From: the human T2T-CHM13v2.0 reference genome, Homo sapiens
NCBI RefSeq assembly: GCF_009914755.1
Contig: NC_060947.1
Length of the DNA stretch: 64,000 nucleotides
Reading direction: 5' to 3' (one strand)
Position numbers and translations under genes: made by a program. Shown in pieces: positions 39,335 through 52,947 of the stretch. Position 1 is the stretch's first letter, and each line of letters opens with the position of its first letter. The notes under the pieces were generated by a model that was given only the letters and a program-made list of their open reading frames with translations, was not told where the DNA came from and ran no database searches.

Positions 39335-40145
39335 AAAAAATTTAAAACACGGGCAATGTCTTGAATAGACATTTTTCTAAAGAAAACGTATGAATATCCA
39401 ACAAGCACATTACAACATGCTCAACATCACTAATCACTATGGAAATGCATATAATGAGATACCAATACATACCCATTAGGAGGACCACTATAAAAATATA
39501 CAAAATGAAAAGGACTGACTTGGATGTGGAGAAATTGGAACACTTGCCCCCTGTTGGTGCAAATTTAAATGGTGCAGCCACTATGAAAAACAGTATGGCA
39601 TTTCGTAAAATAATAAAAATAAAATTACCATTTAATCCAGCTATTCCTTTCCTTGGTATATATCCAAATAAACCAAAAGAAGAGTCTTGAAGACACATTT
39701 GTACACCTATGTTTATAGTAGTATTATTCACAGTAGACAAAATCTGGGGGCAAACCAAATGTTCTCCTTTGAATAAATGGATTAACAAAATTTAATCCAC
39801 ACAATAGGATGTTATTTAGCTTTAAAAATGAAGGAAATACTGACATACACTACAACCTGGATGAATTTTGAGGACACTATGCTAATTGAATTAAGCCAAC
39901 CACAAAGGACAAATATTGTATGATTCACCTTATATGAGGTTTGCAGATTAGTCAAATTCATTGAAGGAAAAAGTAGAAACATGGTTTCAGGGGCCTAGGG
40001 AAAGAAGGAAATGGTGACTTGTTTAATTAGTATACAGTTTTAGTCTTGCCAGATGCAAAGGGTTCTAGAGATTGGTTGTAAAGCAATGCGAATATAAATT
40101 ATTAAGATGGTTAATATTATGTTACATGTATTTTACCACAATCTT
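39335..40145 (+). mobile_element. L1MB-like 3' end
   Basis: ORF 39439-39690 resembles ORF2 C-terminus (MRYQYIPIR, KLPFNPAIPFLGIYP); ends TATTTTACCACAAT. Confidence 0.85.
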
Positions 40146-40189
40146 TTTTTTACAAAATCTTTCTTTGGTATTAGACAGACAGGACTGTG

Positions 40190-40350
40190 TAGGTAGAAAA
40201 TCCCAAAGAACTAACTAAAAAACCCATCATGTCTATAGTAAGGTTGCAGAACACAAGGTTAATATACAAAACTCAACTGCTTTCTTATGTACCAGCAATG
40301 AGCAATTTGAATTTGAAAGTGAAAGCACAATATTATTTACATTAGCACAA
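40190..40350 (+). mobile_element. Old L1 ORF2 fragment
   Basis: AAGGTTGCAGAACACAAGGTTAATATACAAAACTCAAC (KVAGYKVNIQKS-like). Confidence 0.65.
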
Positions 40351-40351
40351 A

Positions 40352-42130
40352 ATTCTAGGTTGGTGATTGCTTTCTTTTACCACTTTAAATATTTCACTCC
40401 ACTCTCTTAATTGCATGGTTTCTGAGGAGAAATTCAATGTACTTCTTTCCTTGTTACTCTGTAATTAAAGTTTTTTTCTTCCTCCAGCTTCTTTCAAGTT
40501 TTTTTGTTTCTGATTTTTATTTTATATAGTTTGAGTATGATATGCTTACTTGTGTAATTTTTGGTATTTATTCTGCTTGGTGTTCTCTGAGCTTCTTGGA
40601 ACTGTGATTATGTGTTTATCACTAACTTAGGTAAATTCTTATACATGATTGCTTCCAATTTTTCTTCTGCTTTACTTTTCCTTTCTTCTCTTTCTTTTAT
40701 TCTCATTATGTATATATATTTTTTAAGTGTTCCACAGATTTTTTATACTTTATTCTGCATTTTTTATCATTTTTTCCACTTAGGTTTCATTTTTGAGGTC
40801 CCATGACATTTCTTCAAACTGACTGATTCTTTCTTCAGCTGTGTGTAGTCTACTGATGAGTTTATCAAAGACATTTTTCACTTCTGTTATGATGTTGTGG
40901 ATTCCTCCTTAGAGCTTCCATTTCTCTGTTTATATGTTGTCTATTTTTAGAGCCTGGAGCATATTAATCATAGTTGTCTTTGGGCCTGATGCTTACTCTC
41001 TTTTCAAAGTGTGGTTTTTGTCTTTAAGTACATCTTATTATTATCTTTTAATTTTCATAAATTTAAAGATGTTCATATTTATTTTTCTGTGGACCATAGG
41101 ATATATTTTACCATTTTTTACTTTGCAGATATTCTTTTTTGTGTTTTTTAAAATAATTTCAACTGGTATTTTAGAATCGGGGGTACATTTGTTGGTTTGT
41201 TATATAAACACATGATATTTTTGTTGCAAGTCAGATGTGATGTACTGTTTGAAAAGAACTGAGGAAAATAAGCCTTTAGTGTGAGGTTTTATGTTTATCT
41301 GGCTTATTGTTAGCCTGTGTTTGCATCTGCTGTAGCTGTAGAAGTCACAGGCTAAAATTTCCTCTAATGTCCTTATTTTTGTCTCGCCTCTTATCTTGGA
41401 GTTTCCCTAGAGACTTCTTAAATGTCATCTGAGATGCCCATTCTTTCTGTTGTATTCTGCTGTTATACAGGAGTCCTCTTGCTGTGGTGGTGAGGTCTGG
41501 AGGAGGAGAAGTGTTCTATATTCCTGTGGTTAGGTCTCAGTCTTTTGGTGAGTTTTGCCCTTGGCCTGTGACCTTCACAAGAATTTCTCTCTCTCTTTTT
41601 TTTTTTTTTCTGATAAAACCAAAGCAGGTGAGGTCCTGGTAAGATAGTTTCTTTGAGGGAAGGCCTTGTTGAAACAAATTGAATACTCTGAGTACATTTT
41701 AAAGTGACTACATTTTCCCTCTACCTGCTGGAAACATGAAAGGATATTTCTCTCATCTTCAGTATGAGAACCTGGAGGTAAAGCTCATGAAACTGTGGGG
41801 GTCCCCATTAAGGCTGGACTCCCTGGGGTTTTTAGCTTTCAGTCTTGTCCACAAAGAGCCTCTAGCAATTCATTAGTTAGAGATTATGTTTTCTCCTCTA
41901 GTACCAATTCTCACAAAGTTTTCTACTACTGAGATTCTGCTCTGATAAGTTGTGATTCTCTTTTTTCCACCTGTTTATCTCTTCAAATTTGGGGGCTGTG
42001 TTTGCCCCGTGACTCCAGTTCTCTCATACATCAGGAAGAGTTGTTGATTTTCAGTTTGTGCAGTATTTTTTCTTGTTGTATGAATGGGAGAATTAATATC
42101 TAAGCTCCTTACATGCCGCACCAGAAAATA
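40352..42130 (-). mobile_element. Old L1MC/MD ORF1 plus 5' UTR region
   Basis: CACTTTAAATATTTCACTCCACTCTCTT...TCTGAGGAGAAATT antisense ORF1 motifs followed by GC-richer UTR. Confidence 0.6.
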
Positions 42131-43323
42131 AATTTCAGTAACATTTTCAACATATGAATCTTGCCATATTAGTCAAAACCAAAAGAAATGTCCTATTGCT
42201 TTTAGAATATAATATTAGAACTTTCTTATTTCTGAAGTGTTTTGTTTTTTTCTTGTTCCTGGGCTTGAAGAGAGGACAGGTTAGTGAATAATTTATTATC
42301 TGAGAAATACACATGATTATTTGTTTCCATGGAGTTTTATCATTCTCTACACATTCATAAATGTGAATGACTATTCAAGTAAACAGTGTTTGGCAAAGCA
42401 TTTCAACAAGCTTGCTCTCCATCCTACAATTCAAATTGACAGCAATTAAATCTTGCCAAAGAAGGACTTGCTTTTTAAAAGCAAAAATGAGCATATCATG
42501 AAAACCAGTGTTTTGAGGTCAGTTACTACTCTGAAAAATGGTGGTACTCAACTAGTTTATTTCAATGTCAACAATTTAGCCATAAGAAGCATGGATGTTA
42601 ATTGTGTTAAAATGCAATTAATTGTAATATTAGGCAACTAATTCTTAAGGGCTTAGGACAGAATGATGAAAAAGATGAAAATAATCATTTTTAAAATTTA
42701 AGTAAAAAGAAAAGTCCTTAGTTATTTCCCTTACATATCAGTTTACTTGAGTCAAGAATTGCCGAGTAAAGGAATTTAGGAAAAGGTACAGAAAATAGAA
42801 GGGAATCCCTATATAGTGTCATTTAGTTTATTCATTCCTAATGATAGATTTATTTTAAGTGATATATATCAAATGCCAAAATGTATAAGTCCACACTTAA
42901 AATAATAAAATAAAAATCTCTTTTGTCATCTAAATACGAAGCAAGCTGCTGCTAAATCAGGTTTATCCTTTACCCTGAACATCATTTCATAATGTACCAG
43001 ATTCAATACTCTTGTTCTAACGCAGACCAATATGATTTCAAAGAAATCTAAATTATTTTGTTTTTGCTTTATATTTACTTTGAATATAAAGATTATTCAT
43101 TTCTTAGAAAATTGTTTTGAATGAGTATATTTTAAAAATGTACTTCTCAGTAGGATAACTTGAATTATTAATTCCTATAATTTCCTACAACTTCTTTTTT
43201 GGACAATATGGCCCAGAACTCTGCTACAAAATTTCTAGATTTTGAGTAAAATGTAGGTTTTGTTGCCGAAAGTAAGGGTGACCTCCAATAAGTCATCGGA
43301 AGCAAAGGAAAGCTGAAATACTG

Positions 43324-43349
43324 AAAAAAAAAAAAAAAAAAAAAAAAAA
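43324..43349. repeat. Poly(A)26 / poly(T) tract
   Basis: Directly visible; not attached to a recognisable retroelement. Confidence 0.95.
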
Positions 43350-43519
43350 CCTGTAAACTGGGAAAAATAATTACTTTTTAAAGCGTTCTAATGTTTATGC
43401 ATTTTTTGGTGGGGATAAGATACTTACTGAAAATTCTGTTACCTGTGCATTGTCACATTTTAAGGAAAACTATGGGAAGAGTAGCAATTGAGTGTACAAC
43501 TTGAAAATTGGCAGAGGTT

Positions 43520-44050
43520 AAGTAATAGAATTCACAAACAAATCCCAATGCTTAAAAGGCAAGAAACAAGAAAAACAAAAAGGTAGGGCATAGAAAAAGC
43601 AGGACAAATACAAAGCAAAAGTAATTTGGTAGAAACAAGTTCTCATATAAAAGTAATTACAACAAAGTTAAATGAACTAAACTCATTAGTTAAAGGACAG
43701 AGGTGGTTAGAATGTTTTAAAAATTCTCTGCTGTATTTAAAATGTAAGAGTATAATAAATATGAAAGTAAAAGGATGAAAGAAGATATACTAACTTCTTT
43801 GGTCAAATATTAACCAAAATAAGCCAAATGAACTGTATCAATAGCAAACAATAAGGTAAGATTAACACATTATCAGGGATAAGGATGGTTACCACAAGAA
43901 ATAAAAGATATAAAGCATGAGAAAATTATAATTATAAACTTGTACATGCCTAATAGCACAGCCTCAGATTATAAATGCAGGGAGATATTGCCAATTCCAC
44001 CAGCATAGCAGAAGAATCAATACAACTTCCAAAATTAGAAAACAAACAAA
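43520..44050 (+). mobile_element. Ancient L1ME ORF2 endonuclease-region fragment
   Basis: AAATGAACTAAACTCATTAGTTAAAGGACAGAG (NGLN-PIKR-like), TACATGCCTAATAGCACAGCCTCA. Confidence 0.55.
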
Positions 44051-44736
44051 AATATTGATCGAAACTGACCACCATAAAACAAGATTTATTTTATAACTAT
44101 TATATTTTATTGTAAATGTGTTTCAAGATTTATATAAACCTGATAGAGACGACAAAAAGGAACTAGACATGGTAAAAATTCCTAGCATGTTAAATAATAT
44201 CTTGGTATTTTCTAAAATCAATTTTCCCACAGTAGCTTATTCTTACTTAAAATGAATATTAAGAGGTATTAAGAGGTGAAACTTCTGTATAATTCTGAAT
44301 TCTCATTTCAAACCCACATTTAAATGTATAAAATATAGAACACATACTTTTTTTTTCTATAAGATTTCATATCCTCTGTAATGCATTGGCTTGTCTATAT
44401 GGCACCCTGATTCAACATTATTAGGATGGAATCAGATATTTCTCACTATCCTAATCACAGAAGATCAAAGATTAAAATAAATCTCCAAAATGTCAGGGGT
44501 TAAGAGATTCAGTCCATTTTTAGACACTGACTTATAAATCACCAAACAATTTTAGGGTTAAGAAGTGGCATTTGGTATCCATTGGCAAATAGTATTGGGT
44601 GTAATTAAGTTTTCATTTTCTTTATTGTTACATATTTTAAAAGTGGTAAATCTCATCCAACTTTAACAGTATGTGGTACTCCAATAAATTACATACAGTA
44701 TATTTGTTTTTTATTTTAATTACTGGAAACACATAG

Positions 44737-45453
44737 TGAGAACGCTTTTGCAAAATTATAACTGAGAAAATTATGACAGTGAAAGTAATTAGACCTAACC
44801 AACTCCATCTTCCTTCTAACCTTTAAGCTATTTTGTTCATTCCTGGGCTTAAGCCGAACTAACTTTGGGAAGGAATGTTTTAGGAAGTTCATGGTTTAAA
44901 TCTGAAACCAAATTGATAAAATCCCTTTCCCGAAAAGACCCCCTTCTTGCCTGGGACCAGTCTGCTTTTGCAGGACTAACAAATTAGCTACAAGATTAGA
45001 AATTACAGTTTAGAGGTCATGCACCCTCTGGCTCCAAGTGTCTGAACCTCCCGAAATTGCTCGTGGGGATAACATCACTATTGTCAAACCTAAGATCAGT
45101 GCTTGAGATATTTTGCAGAACCTGCACTGAATGGATCTCGGCTGACACCACCCAGACCTGTAATCTGGCTCAACCAGTTCTGCCATCCCACCCAGGAACA
45201 GAAGACAACAAAAGAAACCTCACTTCGACCCCCTAAGAGTCTATCTCCAACCTGACCAATCAGCACTTTCCATTTCCCTAGCCCCTATCAGCCAAATTAT
45301 CTTTAAAAATTCTGTTCTCCGAATCGGGGAGACTGACGAGTAACAATAAAACTCTGGTTTCCCGCACGGCTGGCTCTGCATGAATGACTCCCCTGTAGTG
45401 ATAAATTGACTTTGTCTAGGCAGAGGGCAAGGTGAACCCATTGGCCAGTTACA
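44737..45453 (+). mobile_element. LTR8-like ERV1 solo LTR
   Basis: TG...CA termini; TTTGCAAAATTAT...ACTCCATCTT start; GGCAAGGTGAACCCATTGG end; AATAAA at ~45345; 4-bp TSD ATAG (44733-44736 / 45454-45457). Confidence 0.9.
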
Positions 45454-46504
45454 ATAGCTTTACTATTTATAAACAGTTAAAGTAACATACCCACATTAAA
45501 AGAAAACTGTTTCTCTGGAGTTTTATTTTCCTTGAGCATAAAAGAAAAAGCTTACTCTTATTTTCAAACATTATTAACTGAGAATTGTGTAACCAATGGT
45601 CTAAGGTCATTATTACTATTCAAATACACAATTCACTATATAGTACTGACTTTTTTTTAAAAAAAAAGAACTTGCTAGATAAGATTTTTTTTTTTCTTTC
45701 GGCACCTCAAATGACTGTATAAGCTTCTACCTGAGTGTGATTAAATGGCATAATATCCCAAGTATGGCTTAGAATACTATTTATAGAATAATTGTAGTTT
45801 TGAGTAATATCATTATTTTAGCTATGTATGTTATTTATAAAAGATTACTTGTAAGACTGATTTGTATAGTAAGCTAAAGGATAGCATTATTAATTTTTGC
45901 TCATTTTAAGTGCTACATGCTATTTTTAGAAATGTTGATGAGAATGTAAATTAATATAGTCATTATGGACAACTGTATAGAGATTCCTCAAAAAACTAAA
46001 AATAGAATTACCATATTATCCAGTATTACCATTTCTGAGTATCCTTAAATATTTGAGATCAGTATGTCAAAGAAATGTCTGCTGTCCCATATTTACAGCA
46101 CTATTTACAGTCGCCAACTTATGGAATCAACCTAAATGTTCATCAATAGATAAATGGGTAAAGAAAATGTAGTATACATAAACAATAGAATTCAGTTTTA
46201 AAAAGAACATAAATTTGTCATTTGACAACATGGATGAAATTAAAGACCATTATGCTAAGCGAAAGAAATGAGGCACAGAAAAACAAATACTGCATATTCC
46301 CACTTAAATGTAAAATCTAAAACAATCAAACTCAGAGATGCAGAGAATAGAATGGTGGTTAGCATAACCTGGGGGTGTGGAAGGAATGAAGAGATGGTCA
46401 AGGTGTACAAAGCCTCAATTAGAAGGAATAACTAATTTTTTTTTACTTTCAAATATACTGCACAGCATGGTGAATACAGTAAATAATTATATATCATATA
46501 TTTG

Positions 46505-47621
46505 TTTATTTTATTTTATTTTTTTTCCATAAGTTATTGGAGTACAGGTGGTATTTGGTTACATGAGTAAGTTCTTTAGTGGTGATTTGTGAGATTTTGG
46601 CGCACCCATCACCAGAGCAGTATACGCTGCATCATATTTGTAGTCTTTTATCCCTTGCCTCCCCCCCACTCTTACCCCACAAATCTCCAAAGTCCATTGT
46701 ATCATTCTTATGCCTTTGCGTCCTCATAGCTTAGCTCCCACATATCAGTTAGAACATACAGTTTTCCATTCCTAAGTTACTTCCCTTAGAATAATAGTCT
46801 CCAATCTCATCCAGGTCGCTGCAAAATGTTGTTAATTCATTCCTTTTTTATGGCTGAGTAGTATTCCATCATATATATATATATATATGTATATATCATA
46901 TATATATCACATCATATATATATATCACATATATATGTGTTTCTCCTGTGATATATATATATATGATGTGATATATATCACATCATATATATATATATAT
47001 ATATATATATCACAGTTTCTTTATCCACTCATTGATTGATAGGCATTTGGCTTGGTTCCATGATTTTGCAATTGTGAGTTGTGCAGCTGTAAACATGCAT
47101 GTGCAGGTATCTTTTTCATATAACGACTTCTTTTCCTCTGACCTAATACAGCCAGGGTAGATACCCAGTAGTGGGGCTGCTGGATTAAATGGTAGTTCTA
47201 CTTTTAGTTCTTTAAGGAATATCCACACTGTTTTCCATAGCGGCTATACTAGTTTAATTCCCACCAGCAGTATAGAAGTGTTCCCTGATCTCCACATCCA
47301 TGCCAACGTCTATTGTTTTTTGATTTTTTTTATTATGGCCATGCTTGCAGGAGTAAGATGGTATCCCATTGTGGTTTTGACTTGCATTTTCCTGATCATT
47401 AGTGATGTTGAGCATTTTTTCATATGTTTGTTGGCCATTTGCATATCTTCTTTTGAGAATTGTCTATTCATTTCCTTGGCCCAGTTTTTGAAGGGATTGC
47501 TTGGTTTTTCTTACCTATTTGTTTGAGTTTATTGTATATTCTGGATATTAGTCCTTTGTCAGACTATAGATTGTGAAGATTTTCTCCCACTCTGTGGGTT
47601 GTCTGTTTACTCTGCTGACTG
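46505..47621 (-). mobile_element. L1PB1-like, 5'-truncated
   Basis: CCATAAGTTATTGG...GTACAGGTGGTATTTGGTTACATGAGTAAGTTCTTTAGTGGTG; TSD TATCATATATTTG / TATTATATATTTG (46492-46504 / 47622-47634). Confidence 0.9.
46868..47015. repeat. Expanded (AT)n with palindromic CACATC/GATGTG units
   Basis: Directly visible; see findings. Confidence 0.92.
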
Positions 47622-47822
47622 TATTATATATTTGAAAATCACCAAGATTATACATTTCAAATGTTCTCACCACAAAAAAAAGATAAGTAGCTGAAGTGAT
47701 AAATATGTTAATTAGTTTGACTTAGTTATTTCACATTTTATTCATATGTCATAACGTCTCTTTGTACCTCATAAATGTATACAATATAATACGTATAAAT
47801 TTATAATTTAAAAATTAAAATT

Positions 47823-48110
47823 GGCCAAGCATGGTGGCTCATGCCTGTCATCTCAGTACTTTGGGAGGCAGAGGTGAGCAGATCACCTGATGTCAGGAGT
47901 TCGAGGCCAGCCTGGCCAACATGGTGAAACCACATCTCTACTAAAAATACAAAAATTAGCTGGGCATGGTGGCATGCCTAGCTACTCAGAGGCAAAGGCA
48001 GGAGAATCACTTGAACCCAGGAGGCAGAAGTTACAGTGAACCTAGATCATGCCACTGCACTCCAGCCTGGGTGAAAAAGGGAGATTCCATCTGAACAAAA
48101 ATAAATAAAT
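47823..48110 (+). mobile_element. AluS (Sx-like)
   Basis: Dimer with GATCACCTGA..TCAGGAGTTCGAG; small deletion in right arm; A-rich tail. Confidence 0.9.
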
Positions 48111-48764
48111 AAAATTAAAACAAAAACATTTATTATTTTACACTTTAGAATGAATTCAAAACTAATGGTGATGACTCTATTATATTATTTATTATTACTT
48201 GAAATCCACATAATTCTTTTTGTTAAATGAGTCTCTTAAGCTGCAAGCAAAAGTACTATTCAACTTCGACTATTTTATCATGATAATATTACATAGTGTT
48301 TTCAAAGATATGCTAATGAAGCTGGTGGAATGGAATAAAACACTAATGCATGTATAACAATTAAACGAGGTCAAGTGATAGAATACAGAAAGCAATCCAA
48401 TGTAGAATATTTGTTTTCTACCTTATGAGAAATATACTATAATAATTATCTCTTAATGACATTTAAAACATCTTTATAGATGATGGCCCCAAGTCACTGG
48501 AAAGTTCTGTAAATTCTGATATTGAATGGGAATTCAACTTCAGACCTGTGACTAATATTCTTGCCTCAATTTTTGCTTATTTCATCATTGTACAGAAAAT
48601 AAATAAATAAGTTTTGAATGAGCTGAATCATGTAGAAAATCTAAATACATAGCAAAATCTGTGTTTCCTTCATAAAAAGGTAAATTTTTAAATCATCTTT
48701 TTTTCTAAGAATATATTTTAGATTAGTCAGAATGATAATCCTTGAAAACTAAGCTAGAGCAAAT

Positions 48765-50789
48765 CCCAGCAATTGCAATCAGTAAGGAGATAGAAATAAA
48801 AGGCATTTAAATTAGAAAATAAAAAGTCAAACTATTTCTCTTTGCTGATGATATAATTCTGTACCTAGAAAACCCTGAAGCTTTTGCCAAAAGACCCTGA
48901 AACTGAAAAAAAAAAATATACCTCTAGTAAGGTGCCAGGATACAAAGTCAATGTACAAAAATCAGTAGCATTTCTATACACCAATAATGTTCATGATGAA
49001 AGCTAAACCAAGAATACAATCCCATTTACAGAAAACACAAAAACTCATACCTAGGAATATATTTAACCAAGAAGGTGAAAGATCTCTACAAGGAGAACTA
49101 CAAAACATTGCTGAAAGAAGTCATAGTTGACACAAATGAATGAGAAAAATCTATGCTCATGGATTGGAGGAATAAATGTTGTCAAAATGGCCATATTGCT
49201 CAAAATAATCTACAGATTCAATGCTATTCCTATCAAACTACACATGTATTTTTTTACACAATTAGAAAAATACTGTTCTAAAATTCATATGCAACTAAAA
49301 AGGAGACTGAATAGCCAAAACAATCTTAACCAAAAAGAACAAAGCCAGAGGCTTCACATTACCCCCCTTCAAACTACACCATAAGTCTACCCCAAACAGC
49401 ATGATACTGGTAAAAAACAGACATACAGACCACAGGAACAGAATAGATAACCCAGAAATAAAGCTGCACACCTATAGCCATCTGAACTTTGACAAAGTCG
49501 ATAAAAATAAGCAATACAGAAAGCACTCCCTATTCAATAAAAGGTATTGGGGTAGCTGGTTAGCCAGATGCAGAAGAATGAAACTGGACCATTTTTACCA
49601 TATACAAAAACTAACTCAAGATAGATTAAAGATTTAAATGTAAGACCTCAGAATATAAGAATTCTAGAAGAAAATCTAGGAAATAACATTCTAGACATTG
49701 GCCTTAGGAAAAAAATTATGACTAAGTTCTCAAAAGCAACTGCAACCAAAACAAAAATTGACAAGTGATACTTAATTAAACTAAAGCGCTTTTGCACAGC
49801 AAAAGAAACTATCAAAAGAGTAAACAGCCTACACAAGGGGGGAAAATATTTGCAATCTATGCATCTGTCAAAGGTCTAATATCCAGAATCTATAAGGAAG
49901 TTAAAGATTCAACAAGCAAAAAGCAAATAATAATTCCATTCAAAAGTGGGCAAAAGACATGAACAGACACTTCTCAAAGGAAGACATTCAAGCAGTCAGC
50001 AAACATGAAAAATGCTCAACATCACTATCAGAGAAATGTTGATCAAAATCACAATGAGACACCATCTCACACCAGTCAGAATGGCTATTACTAAAAAGTC
50101 AAAAATCAAAAGGTGATGGCAAAGCTGCAGAGAAAAGGGAATGCTTATACACTGTTGATGGAAATGTAAATTAGTTTAGCCATTGTGGAAAACAGTTTAG
50201 AGATACATCAGATAACTTAGAACTACCATTTGACCCAGCTATTCTGTTACTGGTTATATATCCAAAAGAAAATAAATCATTCTACCAAAAAGTCACATGT
50301 ACATGCACTTATATGTATCTCACAGCAGTGTTAATAATATCCAACACATGGAATCCACCCAGGTGCTCATGAATACTACATTGGATAAAGAAAATGTGGC
50401 AGATATATACCATGAAATACTATGCAGCCATAAAAGTAACAGAATCATGTCCTTTGCAGCAACATGGATGTCATTGGAAGCCATTACCCTAAGCAAATTA
50501 ACACAGAGACAGAAAACCAAACAACACATATTCTCACTTATAAGTGGAAGCCAAACATTGTGTACTCATGAACATACAGATGGCAACAATAGTCAATGGG
50601 GACTACTAGAAGGAGGAGAAAAGTATGGGGGCAAGGATTAAAAAACTAACTATTGAGAACTAAGATCACTACCTGGGTGACTGGATCAATTGTACCCCAA
50701 ACCTCAGCAACACACAATATACCCAGCAAACATATTTGCACAAGTACTCTCTGAATCTGAAATAAAAGTTGAAATAATAAAAAATAAAA
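48765..50789 (+). mobile_element. L1PA15/16-like, 5'-truncated
   Basis: Sense ORF2 remnants (ORF 49127-49384 [15 protein letters not shown]; ORF 49401-49637); 3' UTR TACCCCAAACCTCAGCA...AATAAAAGTTGAA. Confidence 0.88.
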
Positions 50790-50939
50790 TGAGATAAATA
50801 TTTTAAAGTTTGTCCCTTGCATAATTTTTCAAAATTTGTGGTTGTCATAATAATCAAATTTGATCATTCACATAATGAATCCAAATGATTATTCTGTGAT
50901 CCACTATAAAGAACACCCTTTAAAGTAGATAAATATTTA

Positions 50940-51312
50940 GTTCATAGAAACACTGAGTGAAATGGTGGTTACTAGAGGCCAAGGATGGTGGGGAGATTGA
51001 GGAGATGTTTGTCAAAATACACAAAATGTTAGTTAGAAGGAATAAGTCAAAAGATCCTATTGTACATCATGATGACTACAGTTAATATGTTGTACAATTG
51101 ACAGTTGCTAAGAAAGTAGATTTTATATGTTCTCACCATAAAAAATAACGGCATGAGATAATGCATATGTGAATTATGTTGACAGTCATTCCACAATGTG
51201 CACATATATCAAAACATCATGTTATGAACACCACTACACTTGGATCAGCCTGAAAACATCATGTTGTACACCATAATATATAAGATGTTTACTTGTCAAA
51301 TAAAAATAAAAA
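50940..51312 (+). mobile_element. L1MA 3' UTR fragment
   Basis: ATGGTGGTTACTAGAGGC...GAGATGTTTGTCAAA...TGTTCTCACCATAAAAA. Confidence 0.75.
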
Positions 51313-52947
51313 TATCAGGCAAACAAACAGACCTCTGGTTCCCTGGTTCAGAGAGTATCGGGAAAAGACGGTCTAGTATCCTGGGTATGCTGACATGGAG
51401 AAGGGTCTTTGAATGACTAATGCTGACATGATACATTTTTATCCTCAGAGTACCAGGATCATTCATTTGACTGCACTTTTTCTCTGACTTTCTGGTACAT
51501 TACATATAACTCCATTTATTTTTACAATTATTACATAATTATTGTCATTAACTGCAAAAATGTTTGGTCTCTACAGGAACACATCACTGAATGTGACTTA
51601 AGTTCTACAATGGGAACTTTGTTTTCTCATCTACAGGAATGTACTATAGGGACACTCTTTATCATATAATTTATATCTAGGAATCTAACTTGTCTAGGAA
51701 AATGACAGCTAGAGTTGGAGAACCTGTTAAATCTTACATCAAGGGGCAGTGGCTCCAAGGAAAGGGAAACTCTTAGTCACGATATTAATTTTTTCTCTCA
51801 GAGGAAAGAGGGCCTGTAAGCTGGCCAGAAACACTGAAAGTAATTTGCAGCCTAAGGAACACAATTTTTTCTTACTTGAAATCAAAATCTACATGAATGA
51901 TTTTGTTTTCAGTTTTTCAGGTATTTGGTGTTGAATGAATTGACCCATAGTGTGGCTATGCAGAACAAAAGCAGACACATGCTATATTATATAATCATTT
52001 TTAAGGTTCTCTTTATTCTTATTTTTCCCTAAGTGTCTTTTTAATACTTTCAAGTAAGAAACCTTCTAGTAAGTCATATAAGCCCTAATACTTACCAAGC
52101 TAACCATTTCTCTTACATTATCTTACCAAATAACAACTTTATATAACTGTGTAGCATAAACACACCCATACCAAATGGTATAGCTAACTAGTTAGAGGAG
52201 TGAGCTAACGCATTTTTCTCCCTTTAATATCTGACTTCCAAAATACTTATTTTCGTTTTCCCTCACAAGGCCAAGATGTACAATATCTTATATTGTGGAA
52301 ATAATTTTTGTTATGAATAGAAACAAAGAAAAATAGTTTCCATAGCAACATATCTTTCTATGTGAAAACAGAATATTACTTTCATCACTATTCAAGTTTT
52401 GTCTTATTTTGTCAGTATGCCTATTGATTTACTGAGAGAGAGGTCAGATGCTGAGTTTTTTCGAGGTAAGAATGGAGGCAAATTAACAGTTAAAGAAAAA
52501 AATGTATTCTGTTTTCACACTGAGTAAGCTATTTAGTGACAGGCTTTCTGATATAGGCAAATTGTAAAACATGATGTGGTAAAAAAGAATTAAGCTATAT
52601 GTTAAAAGGTTGTCATGTAAATTTTGCAAGAACATATAAACAAATAGATTTTTGGAATTGGCATATGAAGATGAATGACTATTGATTGATGGTACTATAA
52701 ATACATGTGCATGAAATGAAGCGTAGCATGATAATATAGGTAAGGTTCAGAAGCTGGAGAGAGAGCGAGAGAGAGTGGGGAAAGTCTGACATTGAAACTA
52801 TCAATAAAAAATATATTCCAAGTGCCTCAAAATTCATGTATCCCAGATGAATTAATGAAAATAAAACAAGAATAAATCCCTGACCCAACTGAATCAATTA
52901 CCTGAGTAATCCATGTTGTACACTCTTGAATCAGGCATGTAATTTAT

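Larger units (their letters stand above)
45930..47820 (+). mobile_element. L1MA-like 3' end, split by an L1PB
   Basis: ORF2 end plus 3' UTR 45930-46504, resuming 47622-47820 (AAATGTTCTCACCACAAAAAA). Confidence 0.8.
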
